Part shown: piece after piece, positions 39,950 to 52,900 of the stretch | Layout of the letters: each line of letters begins with the position of its first letter | Numbering within the stretch: position 1 is the stretch's first letter | Origin: Eledone cirrhosa | Taxonomy: Eukaryota | DNA: 64,000 bases | Direction of reading: 5' to 3' | Assembly (NCBI GenBank): GCA_964016885.1 | Contig: OZ024744.1 | Coordinates: 121,520,001 to 121,584,000 of the forward strand | The notes under the pieces: generated by a model | The model's input: only the letters and a program-made list of their open reading frames with translations | Told to the model about the DNA's origin: nothing | Database searches by the model: none | Translations under genes and position numbers: made by a program

Positions 39950-42900
39950 GTTGGTATAGACATGTGATGTGTATGCATGAACTTAGAGAGAAACTAGGTA
40001 TAAGAGGAATCAGATGTAGTGTGTAGGAGAGGAGACTGTGTTGGTATAGACATGTGATGTGTGTGGATGAACTGAGGGAGAAATTGGGAATAAGAGGAAT
40101 CAGATGTAGTGTGTAGGAGAGGAGACTGTGTTGGTATAGACATGTGATGTGTATGGATGAAGTGAGAGAGAACCTAGGTATAAGAGGAATCAGACTGAGA
40201 GAGAAACTAGGTATCAGAGGAATCAGATATAGTGTGTAGGAGAGAAACAAGATGTAGTGTGTAGTAGAGTTTATTGTGTTGGTATAGACATGTGATGTGT
40301 ATGAATGAACTGAGAGAGAAACTAGGTATAAGAGGTATCAGATGTAGTGTGTAGGAGAGGTGACTGTGTTGGTATAGACATGTAATGTGTATGGATGAAC
40401 TGAGAGAGAACCTAGGTATAAGAGGAATCAGATGTAGGAGAGGAGACTGTGTTGGTGTAGACATGTGATGTGTATGGATGAACTGAGAGAGAAACCGGCT
40501 ATAAGAGGAATCAGATGTAGTATGTGGGAGAGGAGCCTGTCTTGCTATAGACATGTGATGTGTATGGATGAACTGAGAGAGAAACTAGGTATAAGAGGAA
40601 TCAGATATAGGAGAGGAGACTGTGTTGGTATAGACATGGGATGTGTATGGATAAACTGAGAGAGAAACTAGGCATAAGAGGAATCAGATGTAGGAGAGGA
40701 GACTGTGTTGGTATAGACATGTGATGTGTATGGATGAACTGAGAGAGAAACTAGGTATAAGAGGAATCAGATGTAGGAGAGGAGACTGTGTTGGTATAGA
40801 CATGGGATGTGTATGGATGAACTGAGAGAGAAACTAGGTATAAGAGGAATCAGATGTAGGAGAGGAGACTGTGTTGGTATAGACATGTGATGTGTATGGA
40901 TGAACTGAGAGAGAATCTAGGTACAAGAGGAATCAGATGTAGTGTGTAGGAGAGGAGACTGTGTTGGTATAGACATGTGATGTGTATGGATGAAGTGAGA
41001 GATAAACTAGGTATAAGAGGAATCAGACGTAGTGTGTAGGAGAGGAGACTGTGTTGGTATAGATATGTGATGTGTATGGATGAACTGAGAGAAAAACCGG
41101 CTATAAGAGGTATCAGATGTAGTGTGTAGGAGAGGAGACTGTGTTGGTATAGACATGTGATGTTTATGGATGAACTGATAGAGAAACTGGGTATAAGAGG
41201 AATCAGATGTAGTGTGTAGGAGAGGAGACTGTGTTGGTGTAGACATGTAATGTGTATGGATGAACTGAGGGAGAAACTGGGTATAAGAGGAATCAGATGT
41301 AATGTGTAGGAGAGGAGACTGTGTTGGTATAGACATGTGATGTGTATGCATGAACTTAGAGAGAAACTAGGTATAAGAGGAATCAGATGTAGTGTGTAGG
41401 AGAGGAGACTGTGTTGGTGTAGACATGTGATGTGTATGGATGAACTGAGAGAGAAACTAGGTATAAGAGGAATCAGATGTAGTGTGTAGGAGAGGAGACT
41501 GTGTTGGTGTAGACATGTGATGTGTATGGATGAACTGAGAGAGATACTAGGTATAAGAGGAATCAGATGTAGTGTGTAGGAGAGGAGACTGTGTTGGTGT
41601 AGACATGTGATGTGTATGGATGAACTGAGAGAGAAACTAGGTATAAGAGGAATCAGATGTAGTGTGTAGGAGACGAGAGTGTGTTGGTATATACATGTGA
41701 TGTGTATGGATGAACAGAGAGGGAAACTCGGTATAAGAGGAATCAGATGTAGTGTGTAGGAGAGGAGAGAGTGTTGGTATAGACATGTGATGTGAATGGA
41801 TGAACTGAGAGAGAAACTAGGTATAAGAGGAATCAGATGAAGGAGAGGAGACTGTGTTGGTATAGACATGGGATGTGTATGGATGAACTGAGAGAGAAAC
41901 TAGGTATAAGAGGAATCAGATGTAGGAGAGGAGACTGTGTTGGTATAGACATGTGATGTGTATGGATGAACTGAGAGAGAAACTAGGTACAAGAGGAATC
42001 AGATGTAATGTGTAGGAGAGGAGACTGTGTTGGTATAGACATGTGATGTGTATGCATGAACTTAGAGAGAAACTAGGTATAAGAGGAATCAGATGTAGTG
42101 TGTAGGAGAGGAGACTGTGTTGGTATAGACATGTGATGGGTGTGGATGAACTGAGGGAGAAATTGGGAATAAGAGGAATCAGATGTAGTGTGTAGGAGAG
42201 GAGACTGTGTTGGTATAGACATGTGATGTGTATGGATGAAGTGAGAGAGAACCTAGGTATAAGAGGAATCAGACTGAGAGAGAAACTAGGTATCAGAGGA
42301 ATCAGATATAGTGTGTAGGAGAGAAACAAGATGTAGTGTGTAGTAGAGTTTACTGTGTTGGTATAGACATGTGATGTGTATGAATGAACTGAGAGAGAAA
42401 CTAGGTATAAGAGGTATCAGATGTAGTGTGTAGGAGAGGTGACTGTGTTGGTATAGACATGTAATGTGTATGGATGAACTGAGAGAGAACCTAGGTATAA
42501 GAGGAATCAGATGTAGGAGAGGAGACTGTGTTGGTGTAGACATGTGATGTGTATGGATGAACTGAGAGAGAAACCGGCTATAAGAGGAATCAGATGTAGT
42601 ATGTGGGAGAGGAGCCTGTCTTGCTATAGACATGTGATGTGTATGGATGAACTGAGAGAGAAACTAGGTATAAGAGGAATCAGATATAGGAGAGGAGACT
42701 GTGTTGGTATAGACATGGGATGTGTATGGATAAACTGAGAGAGAAACTAGGCATAAGAGGAATCAGATGTAGGAGAGGAGACTGTGTTGGTATAGACATG
42801 TGATGTGTATGGATGAACTGAGAGAGAAACTAGGTATAAGAGGAATCAGATGTAGGAGAGGAGACTGTGTTGGTATAGACATGGGATGTGTATGGATGAA

Positions 42901-43940
42901 CTGAGAGAGAAACTAGGTATAAGAGGAATCAGATGTAGGAGAGGAGACTGTGTTGGTATAGACATGTGATGTGTATGGATGAACTGAGAGAGAAACTAGG
43001 TACAAGAGGAATCAGATGTAGTGTGTAGGAGAGGAGACTGTGTTGGTATAGACATGTGATGTGTATGGATGAAGTGAGAGATAAACTAGGTATAAGAGGA
43101 ATCAGACGTAGTGTGTAGGAGAGGAGACTGTGTTGGTATAGATATGTGATGTGTATGGATGAACTGAGAGAAAAACCGGCTATAAGAGGAATCAGATGTA
43201 GTGTGTAGGAGAGGAGACTGTGTTGGTATAGACATGTGATGTTTATGGATGAACTGAGAGAGAAACTGGGTATAAGAAGAATCAGATGTAGTGTGTAGGA
43301 GAGGAGACTGTGTTGGTGTAGACATGTAATGTGTATGGATGAACTGAGGGAGAAACTGGGTATAAGAGGAATCAGATGTAATGTGTAGGAGAGGAGACTG
43401 TGTTGGTATAGACATGTGATGTGTATGCATGAACTTAGAGAGAAACTAGGTATAAGAGGAATCAGATGTAGTGTGTAGGAGAGGAGACTGTGTTGGTGTA
43501 GACATGTGATGTGTATGGATGAACTGAGAGAGAAACTAGGTATAAGAGGAATCAGATGTAGTGTGTAGGAGAGGAGACTGTGTTGGTGTAGACATGTGAT
43601 GTGTATGGATGAACTGAGAGAGATACTAGGTATAAGAGGAATCAGATGTAGTGTGTAGGAGAGGAGACTGTGTTGGTGTAGACATGTGATGTGTATGGAT
43701 GAACTGAGAGAGAAACTAGGTATAAGAGGAATCAGATGTAGTGTGTAGGAGAGGAGAGTGTGTTGGTATATACATGTGATGTGTATGGATGAACAGAGAG
43801 GGAAACTCGGTATAAGAGGAATCAGATGTAGTGTGTAGGAGAGGAGAGAGTGTTGGTATAGACATGTGATGTGAATGGATGAACTGAGAGAGAAACTAGG
43901 TATAAGAGGAATCAGATGAAGGAGAGGAGACTGTGTTGGT
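39950..43940 (+). repeat. Near-tandem duplication with 2079-bp offset
   Basis: ORF pairs 40207/42286, 40465/42544, 40850/42929 and 41007/43086, with the same variant order. Confidence 0.82.
43015..43914 (+). repeat. Run of ten consecutive 90-bp monomers (example of the long-monomer class)
   Basis: ATCAGA(T/C)GTA(G/A)TGTGTAGG recurs at 43011, 43101, 43191 ... 43821 with exact 90-bp spacing. Confidence 0.93.
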
Positions 43941-45176
43941 ATAGACATGTGATGTGTATGGATGAACTGAGGGAGAAATTGGGAATAAAAGACATCAGAT
44001 TTAATGTGTAGGAGAGGAGACTGTGTTGGTATAGACATGTGATGTGTATGGATGAACTGAGAGAGAAATTGGGAATAAAAGGAATCAGATGAAGGAGAGG
44101 AGACTGTGTTGGTATAGACATGTGATGTGTATGGATGAACTGAGAGAGAAACTAGGCATAAGAGGAATCAGATGTAGGAGAGGAGACTGTGTTGGTATAG
44201 ACATGTGATGTGTATGGATGAACTGAGAGAGAAACTAGGTATAAGAGGAATCAGATGTAGGAGAGGAGACTGTGTTGGTATAGACATGGGATGTGTATGG
44301 ATGAACTGAGAGAGAAACTAGGTATAAGAGGAATCAGATGTAGGAGAGGAGACTGTGTTGGTATAGACATGTGATGTGTATGGATGAACTGAGAGAGAAA
44401 CTAGGTATAAGAGGAATCAGATGAAGGAGAGGAGACTGTGTTGGTATAGACATGTGATGTGTATGGATGAACTGAGAGAGAAACTCGGTATAAGAGGAAT
44501 CAGATGTAAGAGAGGAGACTGTGTTGGTATAGATATGGGATGTGTATGGATGAACTGAGATAGAAACTAGGTATAAGAGGAATCAGATGTAGGAGAGGAG
44601 ACTGTGTTGGTATAGACATGTGATGTGTATGGATGAACTGAGAGAGAAACTAGGTATAAGAGGAATCAGATGTAGTGTGTATGAGAGGAGACTGTGTTGG
44701 TATAGACATGTGATGTGTATGGATGAACTGAGGGAGAAACTAGGTATGAGAGGAATCAGATGTAGTGTGTAGGAGAGGAGACTGTGTTGGGATAGACATG
44801 TGATGTATATGGATGAACTGAGAGAGAAACTAGGTATCGAAGGAATCAGATGTAGTGTGTAGGAGAGGAGACTGTGTTGGTATAGACATGTGATGTGTGT
44901 GGATGAACTGAGGGAGAAATTGGGAATTAGAGGAATCAGATGTAGTGTGTAGGAGAGTAGACTGTGTTGGTATAGACATGTGATGTGTATGGATGAACTG
45001 AGAGAGAATCTAGGTATAAGAGGAATCAGACTGAGAGAGAAACTAGGTATCAGAGGAATCAGATATAGTGTGTAGGAGAGAAACAAGATGTAGTGTGTAG
45101 TAGAGTTTACTGTGTTGGTATAGACATGTGATGTGTATGGATGAACTGAGAGAGAAACTAGGTATAAGAGGAATCA

Positions 45177-46006
45177 GATGTAGGAGAGGAGATTGTGTTG
45201 GTATAGACATGGGATGTGTATGGATAAACTGAGAGAGAAACTAGGTATAAGAGGAATCAGATGTAGGAGAGGAGACTGTGTTGGTATAGATATGGGATGT
45301 GTATGGATGAACTGAGAGAGAAACTAGGTATAAGAGGAATCAGATGTAGGAGAGGAGACTGTGTTGGTATAGACATGTGATGTGTATGGATGAACTGAGA
45401 GAGAAACTAGGTATAAGAGGAATCAGATGAAGGAGAGGAGACTGTGTTGGTATAGACATGTGATGTGTATGGATGAACTGAGAGAGAAACTCGGGATAAG
45501 AGGAATCAGATGTAGGAGAGGAGACTGTGTTGGTATAGACATGGGATGTGTATGGATGAACTGAGATAGAAACTAGGTATAAGAGGAATCAGATGTAGGA
45601 GAGGAGACTGTGTTGGTATAGACATGTGATGTGTATGGATGAACTGAGAGAGAAACTAGGTATAAGAGGAATCAGATGAAGGAGAGGAGACTGTGTTGGT
45701 ATAGACATGGGATGTGTATGGATGAACTGAGAGAGAAACTCGGTATAAGAGGAATCAGATGTAGGAGAGGAGACTGTGTTGGTATAGACATGGGATGTGT
45801 ATGGATGAACTGAGATAGAAACTAGGTATAAGAGGAATCAGATGCAGGAGAGGAGACTGTGTTGGTATAGACATGTGATGTGTATGGATGAACTGAGAGA
45901 GAAACTAGGTATAAGAGGAATCAGATGAAGGAGAGGAGACTGTGTTGGTATAGACATGTGATGTGTATGGATGAACTGAGAGAGAAACTAGGTATGAGAG
46001 GAATCA
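45177..46006 (+). repeat. Run of ten consecutive 83-bp monomers (example of the short-monomer class)
   Basis: GATG(T/A/C)AGGAGAGG starts recur every 83 bp from 45177 to 45924. All lack the 7-nt insert. Confidence 0.92.
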
Positions 46007-49000
46007 GATGTAGTTTGTAGGAGAGGAGACTGTGTTGGTATAGACATGTGATGAACTGAGAGAAAAACTAGTTATAAGAGGAAACAGACGTAGTGTGTAG
46101 GAGAGGAGACTGTGTTGGTATAGACATGTGATGTGTGTGGATGAACTGAGGGAGAAATTGGGAATAAGGGGAATCAGATGTAGTGTGTAGGAGAGGAGAC
46201 TGTGTTGGTATAGACATGTGATGTGTATGGATGAACTGAGAGAGAACCTAGGTATAAGAGGAATCAGACTGAGAGAGAAACTAGGTATCAGAGGAATCAG
46301 ATATAGTGTGTAGGAGAGAAACAAGATGTAGTGTGTAGTAGAGTTTACTGTGTTGGTATAGACATGTGATGTGTATGAATGAACTGAGAGAGAAACTAGG
46401 TATAAGAGGTATCAGATGTAGTGTGTAGGAGAGGTGACTGTGTTGGTATAGATATGTGATGTGTATGGATGAACTGAGAGAGAAACTAGGTATGAGAGGA
46501 ATCAGATGTAGTGTGTAGGAGAAGAGACTGTGTTGTGATAGACATGTGATGTGTATGGATGAACTGAGAGAGAAACTAGGTATCAAAGGAATCAGATGTA
46601 GTGTGTAGGAGAGGAGACTGTGTTGGTATAGACATGTGATGTGTGTGGATGAACTGAGGGAGAAATTGGGAATAAGAGGAATCAGATGTAGTGTGTAGGA
46701 GAGGAGACTGTGTTGGTATAGACATGTGATGTGTATGGATGAAGTGAGAGAGAATCTAGGTATAAGAGGAATCAGACTGAGAGAGAAACTAGGTATCAGA
46801 GGAATCAGATATAGTGTGTAGGAGAGAAACAAGATGTAGTGTGTAGTAGAGTTTACTGTGTTGGTATAGAAATGTGATGTGTATGAATGAACTGAGAGAG
46901 AAACTAGGTATAAGAGGTATCAGATGTAGTGTGTAGGAGAGGTGACTGTGTTGGTATAGACATGTATTGTGTATGGATGAACTGAGAGAGAACCTAGGTA
47001 TAAGAGGAATCAGATGTAGGAGAGGAGACTGTGTTGGTGTAGACATGTGATGTGTATGGATGAACTGAGAGAGAAACCAGCTATAAGAGGAATCAGATGT
47101 AGTATGTGGGAGAGGAGCCTGTCTTGCTATAGACATGTGATGTGTATGGATGAACTGAGAGAGAAACTAGGTATAAGAGGAATCAGATATAGGAGAGGAG
47201 ACTGTGTTGGTATAGACATGGGATGTGTATGGATAAACTGAGAGAGAAACTAGGTATAAGAGGAATCAGATGAAGGAGAGGAGACTGTGTTGGTATAGAC
47301 ATGTGATGTGTATGGATGAACTGAGAGAGAAACTCGGTATAAGAGGAATCAGATGTAGGAGAGGAGACTGTGTTGGTATAGACATGGGATGTGTATGGAT
47401 GAACTGAGATAGAAACTAGGTATAAGAGGAATCAGATGTAGGAGAGGAGACTGTGTTGGTATAGACATGTGATGTGTATGGATGAACTGAGAGAGAAACT
47501 AGGTATAAGAGGAATCAGATGTAGTGTGTAGGAGAGGAGACTGTGTTGGTATAGACATGTGATGTGTATGGATGAAGTGAGAGATAAACTAGGTATAAGA
47601 GGAATCAGACATAGTGTGTAGGAGAGGAGACTGTGTTGGTATAGACATGTGATGTGTATGGATGAACTGAGAGAGAAATTGGGAATAAAAGGAATCAGAT
47701 GAAGGAGAGGAGACTGTGTTGGTATAGACATGTGATGTGTATGGATGAACTGAGAGAGAAACTAGGCATAAGAGGAATCAGATGTAGGAGAGGAGACTGT
47801 GTTGGTATAGACATGTGATGTGTATGGATGAACTGAGAGAGAAACTAGGTATAAGAGGAATCAGATGTAGGAGAGGAGACTGTGTTGGTATAGACATGGG
47901 ATGTGTATGGATGAACTGAGAGAGAAACTAGGTATAAGAGGAATCAGATGAAGGAGAGGAGACTGTGTTGGTATAGACATGTGATGTGTATGGATGAACT
48001 GAGAGAGAAACTAGGTATGAGAGGAATCAGATGTAGTTTGTAGGAGAGGAGACTGTGTTGGTATAGACATGTGATGAACTGAGAGAAAAACTAGTTATAA
48101 GAGGAATCAGACGTAGTGTGTAGGAGAGGAGACTGTGTTGGTATAGACATGTGATGTGTGTGGATGAACTGAGGGAGAAAATGGGAATAAGGGGAATCAG
48201 ATGTAGTGTGTAGGAGAGGAGACTGTGTTGGTATAGACATGTGATGTGTATGGATGAACTGAGAGAGAACCTAGGTATAAGAGGAATCAGACTGAGAGAG
48301 AAACTAGGTATCAGAGGAATCAGATATAGTGTGTAGGAGAGAAACAAGATGTAGTGTGTAGTAGAGTTTACTGTGTTGGTATAGACATGTGATGTGTATG
48401 AATGAACTGAGAGAGAAACTAGGTATAAGAGGTATCAGATGTAGTGTGTAGGAGAGGTGACTGTGTTGGTATAGATATGTGATGTGTATGGATGAACTGA
48501 GAGAGAAACTAGGTATGAGAGGAATCAGATGTAGTGTGTAGGAGAAGAGACTGTGTTGTGATAGACATGTGATGTGTATGGATGAACTGAGAGAGAAACT
48601 AGGTATCAAAGGAATCAGATGTAGTGTGTAGGAGAGGAGACTGTGTTGGTATAGACATGTGATGTGTGTGGATGAACTGAGGGAGAAATTGGGAATAAGA
48701 GGAATCAGATGTAGTGTGTAGGAGAGGAGACTGTGTTGGTATAGACATGTGATGTGTATGGATGAAGTGAGAGAGAATCTAGGTATAAGAGGAATCAGAC
48801 TGAGAGAGAAACTAGGTATCAGAGGAATCAGATATAGTGTGTAGGAGAGAAACAAGATGTAGTGTGTAGTAGAGTTTACTGTGTTGGTATAGAAATGTGA
48901 TGTGTATGAATGAACTGAGAGAGAAACTAGGTATAAGAGGTATCAGATGTAGTGTGTAGGAGAGGTGACTGTGTTGGTATAGACATGTATTGTGTATGGA

Positions 49001-49969
49001 TGAACTGAGAGAGAACCTAGGTATAAGAGGAATCAGATGTAGGAGAGGAGACTGTGTTGGTGTAGACATGTGATGTGTATGGATGAACTGAGAGAGAAAC
49101 CAGCTATAAGAGGAATCAGATGTAGTATGTGGGAGAGGAGCCTGTCTTGCTATAGACATGTGATGTGTATGGATGAACTGAGAGAGAAACTAGGTATAAG
49201 AGGAATCAGATATAGGAGAGGAGACTGTGTTGGTATAGACATGGGATGTGTATGGATAAACTGAGAGAGAAACTAGGTATAAGAGGAATCAGATGAAGGA
49301 GAGGAGACTGTGTTGGTATAGACATGTGATGTGTATGGATGAACTGAGAGAGAAACTCGGTATAAGAGGAATCAGATGTAGGAGAGGAGACTGTGTTGGT
49401 ATAGACATGGGATGTGTATGGATGAACTGAGATAGAAACTAGGTATAAGAGGAATCAGATGTAGGAGAGGAGACTGTGTTGGTATAGACATGTGATGTGT
49501 ATGGATGAACTGAGAGAGAAACTAGGTATAAGAGGAATCAGATGTAGTGTGTAGGAGAGGAGACTGTGTTGGTATAGACATGTGATGTGTATGGATGAAG
49601 TGAGAGATAAACTAGGTATAAGAGGAATCAGACGTAGTGTGTAGGAGAGGAGACTGTGTTGGTATAGACATGTGATGTGTATGGATGAACTGAGAGAGAA
49701 ATTGGGAATAAAAGGAATCAGATGAAGGAGAGGAGACTGTGTTGGTATAGACATGTGATGTGTATGGATGAACTGAGAGAGAAACTAGGCATAAGAGGAA
49801 TCAGATGTAGGAGAGGAGACTGTGTTGGTATAGACATGTGATGTGTATGGATGAACTGAGAGAGAAACTAGGTATAAGAGGAATCAGATGTAGGAGAGGA
49901 GACTGTGTTGGTATAGACATGGGATGTGTATGGATGAACTGAGAGAGAAACTAGGTATAAGAGGAATCA
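45924..49969 (+). repeat. Tandem duplication of a 2023-bp unit
   Basis: ORF pairs 46004/48027, 46281/48304, 46789/48812 and 47432/49455. Private variants AGAAATGTG, CATGTATTGT, ACCAGCT and TAAGGGG are present in both copies. Confidence 0.92.
46007..46086 (+). repeat. 80-bp monomer variant (10-bp deletion); also at about 48030, 54504 and 58902
   Basis: GACATGTGATGAACTG replaces GACATGTGATGTGTATGGATGAACTG, always together with the TAGTTTGTAGG variant. Confidence 0.9.
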
Positions 49970-52900
49970 GATGTAGGAGAGGAGACTGTGTTGGTATAGA
50001 CATGTGATGTGTATGGATGAACTGAGAGAGAAACTAGGTATAAGAGGAATCAGATGAAGGAGAGGAGACTGTGTTGGTATAGACATGTGATGTGTATGGA
50101 TGAACTGAGAGAGAAACTCGGTATAAGAGGAATCAGATGTAAGAGAGGAGACTGTGTTGGTATAGATATGGGATGTGTATGGATGAACTGAGATAGAAAC
50201 TAGGTATAAGAGGAATCAGATGTAGGAGAGGAGACTGTGTTGGTATAGACATGTGATGTGTATGGATGAACTGAGAGAGAAACTAGGTATAAGAGGAATC
50301 AGGTGTAGTGTGTATGAGAGGAGACTGTGTTGGTATAGACATGTGATGTGTATGGATGAACTGAGAGAGAAACTAGGTATGAGAGGAATCAGATGTAGTG
50401 TGTAGGAGAGGAGACTGTGTTGGGATAGACATGTGATGTGTATGGATGAACTGAGAGAGAAACTAGGTATCAAAGGAATCAGATGTAGTGTGTAGGAGAG
50501 GAGACTGTGTTGGTATAGACATGTGATGTGTGTGGATGAACTGAGGGAGAAATTGGGAATAAGAGGAATCAGATGTAGTGTGTAGGAGAGGAGACTGTGT
50601 TGGTATAGACATGTGATGTGTATGGATGAACTGAGAGAGAATCTAGGTATAAGAGGAATCAGACTGAGAGAGAAACTAGGTATCAGAGGAATCAGATATA
50701 GTGTGTAGGAGAGAAACAAGATGTAGTGTGTAGTAGAGTTTACTGTGTTGGTATAGACATGTGATGTGTATGGATGAACTGAGAGAGAAACTAGGTATAA
50801 GAGGAATCAGATGTAGGAGAGGAGACTGTGTTGGTATAGACATGGGATGTGCATGGATAAACTGAGAGAGAAACTATGTATAAGAGGAATCAGACGTAGT
50901 GTGTAGGAGAGGAGACTGTGTTGGTATAGATATGTGATGTGTATGGATGAACTGAGAGAAAAACCGGCTATAAGAGGAATCAGATGTAGTGTGTAGGAGA
51001 GGAGACTGTGTTGGTATAGACATGTGATGTTTATGGATGAACTGAGAGAGAAACTGGGTATAAGAGGAATCAGATGTAGTGTGTAGGAGAGGAGACTGTG
51101 TTGGTGTAGACATGTAATGTGTATGGATGAACTGAGGGAGAAACTGGGTATAAGAGGAATCAGATGTAATGTGTAGGAGAGGAGACTGTGTTGGTATAGA
51201 CATGTGATGTGTATGCATGAACTTAGAGAGAAACTAGGTATAAGAGGAATCAGATGTAGTGTGTAGGAGAGGAGACTGTGTTGGTATAGACATGTGATGT
51301 GTGTGGATGAACTGAGGGAGAAATTGGGAATAAGAGGAATCAGATGTAGTGTGTAGGAGAGGAGACTGTGTTGGTATAGACATGTGATGTGTATGGATGA
51401 AGTGAGAGAGAACCTAGGTATAAGAGGAATCAGACTGAGAGAGAAACTAGGTATCAGAGGAATCAGATATAGTGTGTAGGAGAGAAACAAGATGTAGTGT
51501 GTAGTAGAGTTTACTGTGTTGGTATAGACATGTGATGTGTATGAATGAACTGAGAGAGAAACTAGGTATAAGAGGTATCAGATGTAGTGTGTAGGAGAGG
51601 TGACTGTGTTGGTATAGACATGTAATGTGTATGGATGAACTGAGAGAGAACCTAGGTATAAGAGGAATCAGATGTAGGAGAGGAGACTGTGTTGGTGTAG
51701 ACATGTGATGTGTATGGATGAACTGAGAGAGAAACCGGCTATAAGAGGAATCAGATGTAGTATGTGGGAGAGGAGCCTGTCTTGCTATAGACATGTGATG
51801 TGTATGGATGAACTGAGAGAGAAACTAGGTATAAGAGGAATCAGATATAGGAGAGGAGACTGTGTTGGTATAGACATGGGATGTGTATGGATAAACTGAG
51901 AGAGAAACTAGGTATAAGAGGAATTAGATGAAGGAGAGGAGACTGTGTTGGTATAGACATGTGATGTGTCTGGATGAACTGAGAGAGAAACTCGGTATAA
52001 GAGGAATCAGATGTAGGAGAGGAGACTCTGTTGGTATAGACATGGGATGTGTATGGATGAACTGAGATAGAAACTAGGTATAAGAGGAATCAGATGTAGG
52101 AGAGGAGACTGTGTTGCTATAGACATGTGAAGTGTATGGATGAACTGAGAGAGAAACTAGGTATAAGAGGAATCAGATGTAGTGTGTAGGAGAGGAGACT
52201 GTGTTGGTATAGACATGGGATGTGTATGGATGAACTGAGAGATAAACTAGGTATAAGAGGAATCAGACGTAGTGTGTAGGAGAGGAGACTGTGTTGGTAT
52301 AGATATGTGATGTGTATGGATGAACTGAGAGAAAAACCGGCTATAAGAGGAATCAGATGTAGTGTGTAGGAGAGGAGACTGTGTTGGTATAGACATGTGA
52401 TGTTTATGGATGAACTGAGAGAGAAACTGGGTATAAGAGGAATCAGATGTAGTGTGTAGGAGAGGAGACTGTGTTGGTGTAGACATGTAATGTGTATGGA
52501 TGAACTGAGGGAGAAACTGGGTATAAGAGGAATCAGATGTAATGTGTAGGAGAGGAGACTGTGTTGGTATAGACATGTGATGTGCATGCATGAACTTAGA
52601 GAGAAACTAGGTATAAGAGGAATCAGATGTAGTGTGTAGGAGAGGAGACTGTGTTGGTGTAGACATGTGATGTGTATGGATGAACTGAGAGAGATACTAG
52701 GTATAAGAGGAATCAGATGTAGTGTGTAGGAGAGGAGACTGTGTTGGTGTAGACATGTGATGTGTATGGATGAACTGAGAGAGAAACTAGGTATAAGAGG
52801 AATCAGATGTAGTGTGTAGGAGAGGAGAGTGTGTTGGTATATACATGTGATGTGTATGGATGAACTGAGAGAGAAACTAGGTATAAGAGGAATCAGATGA

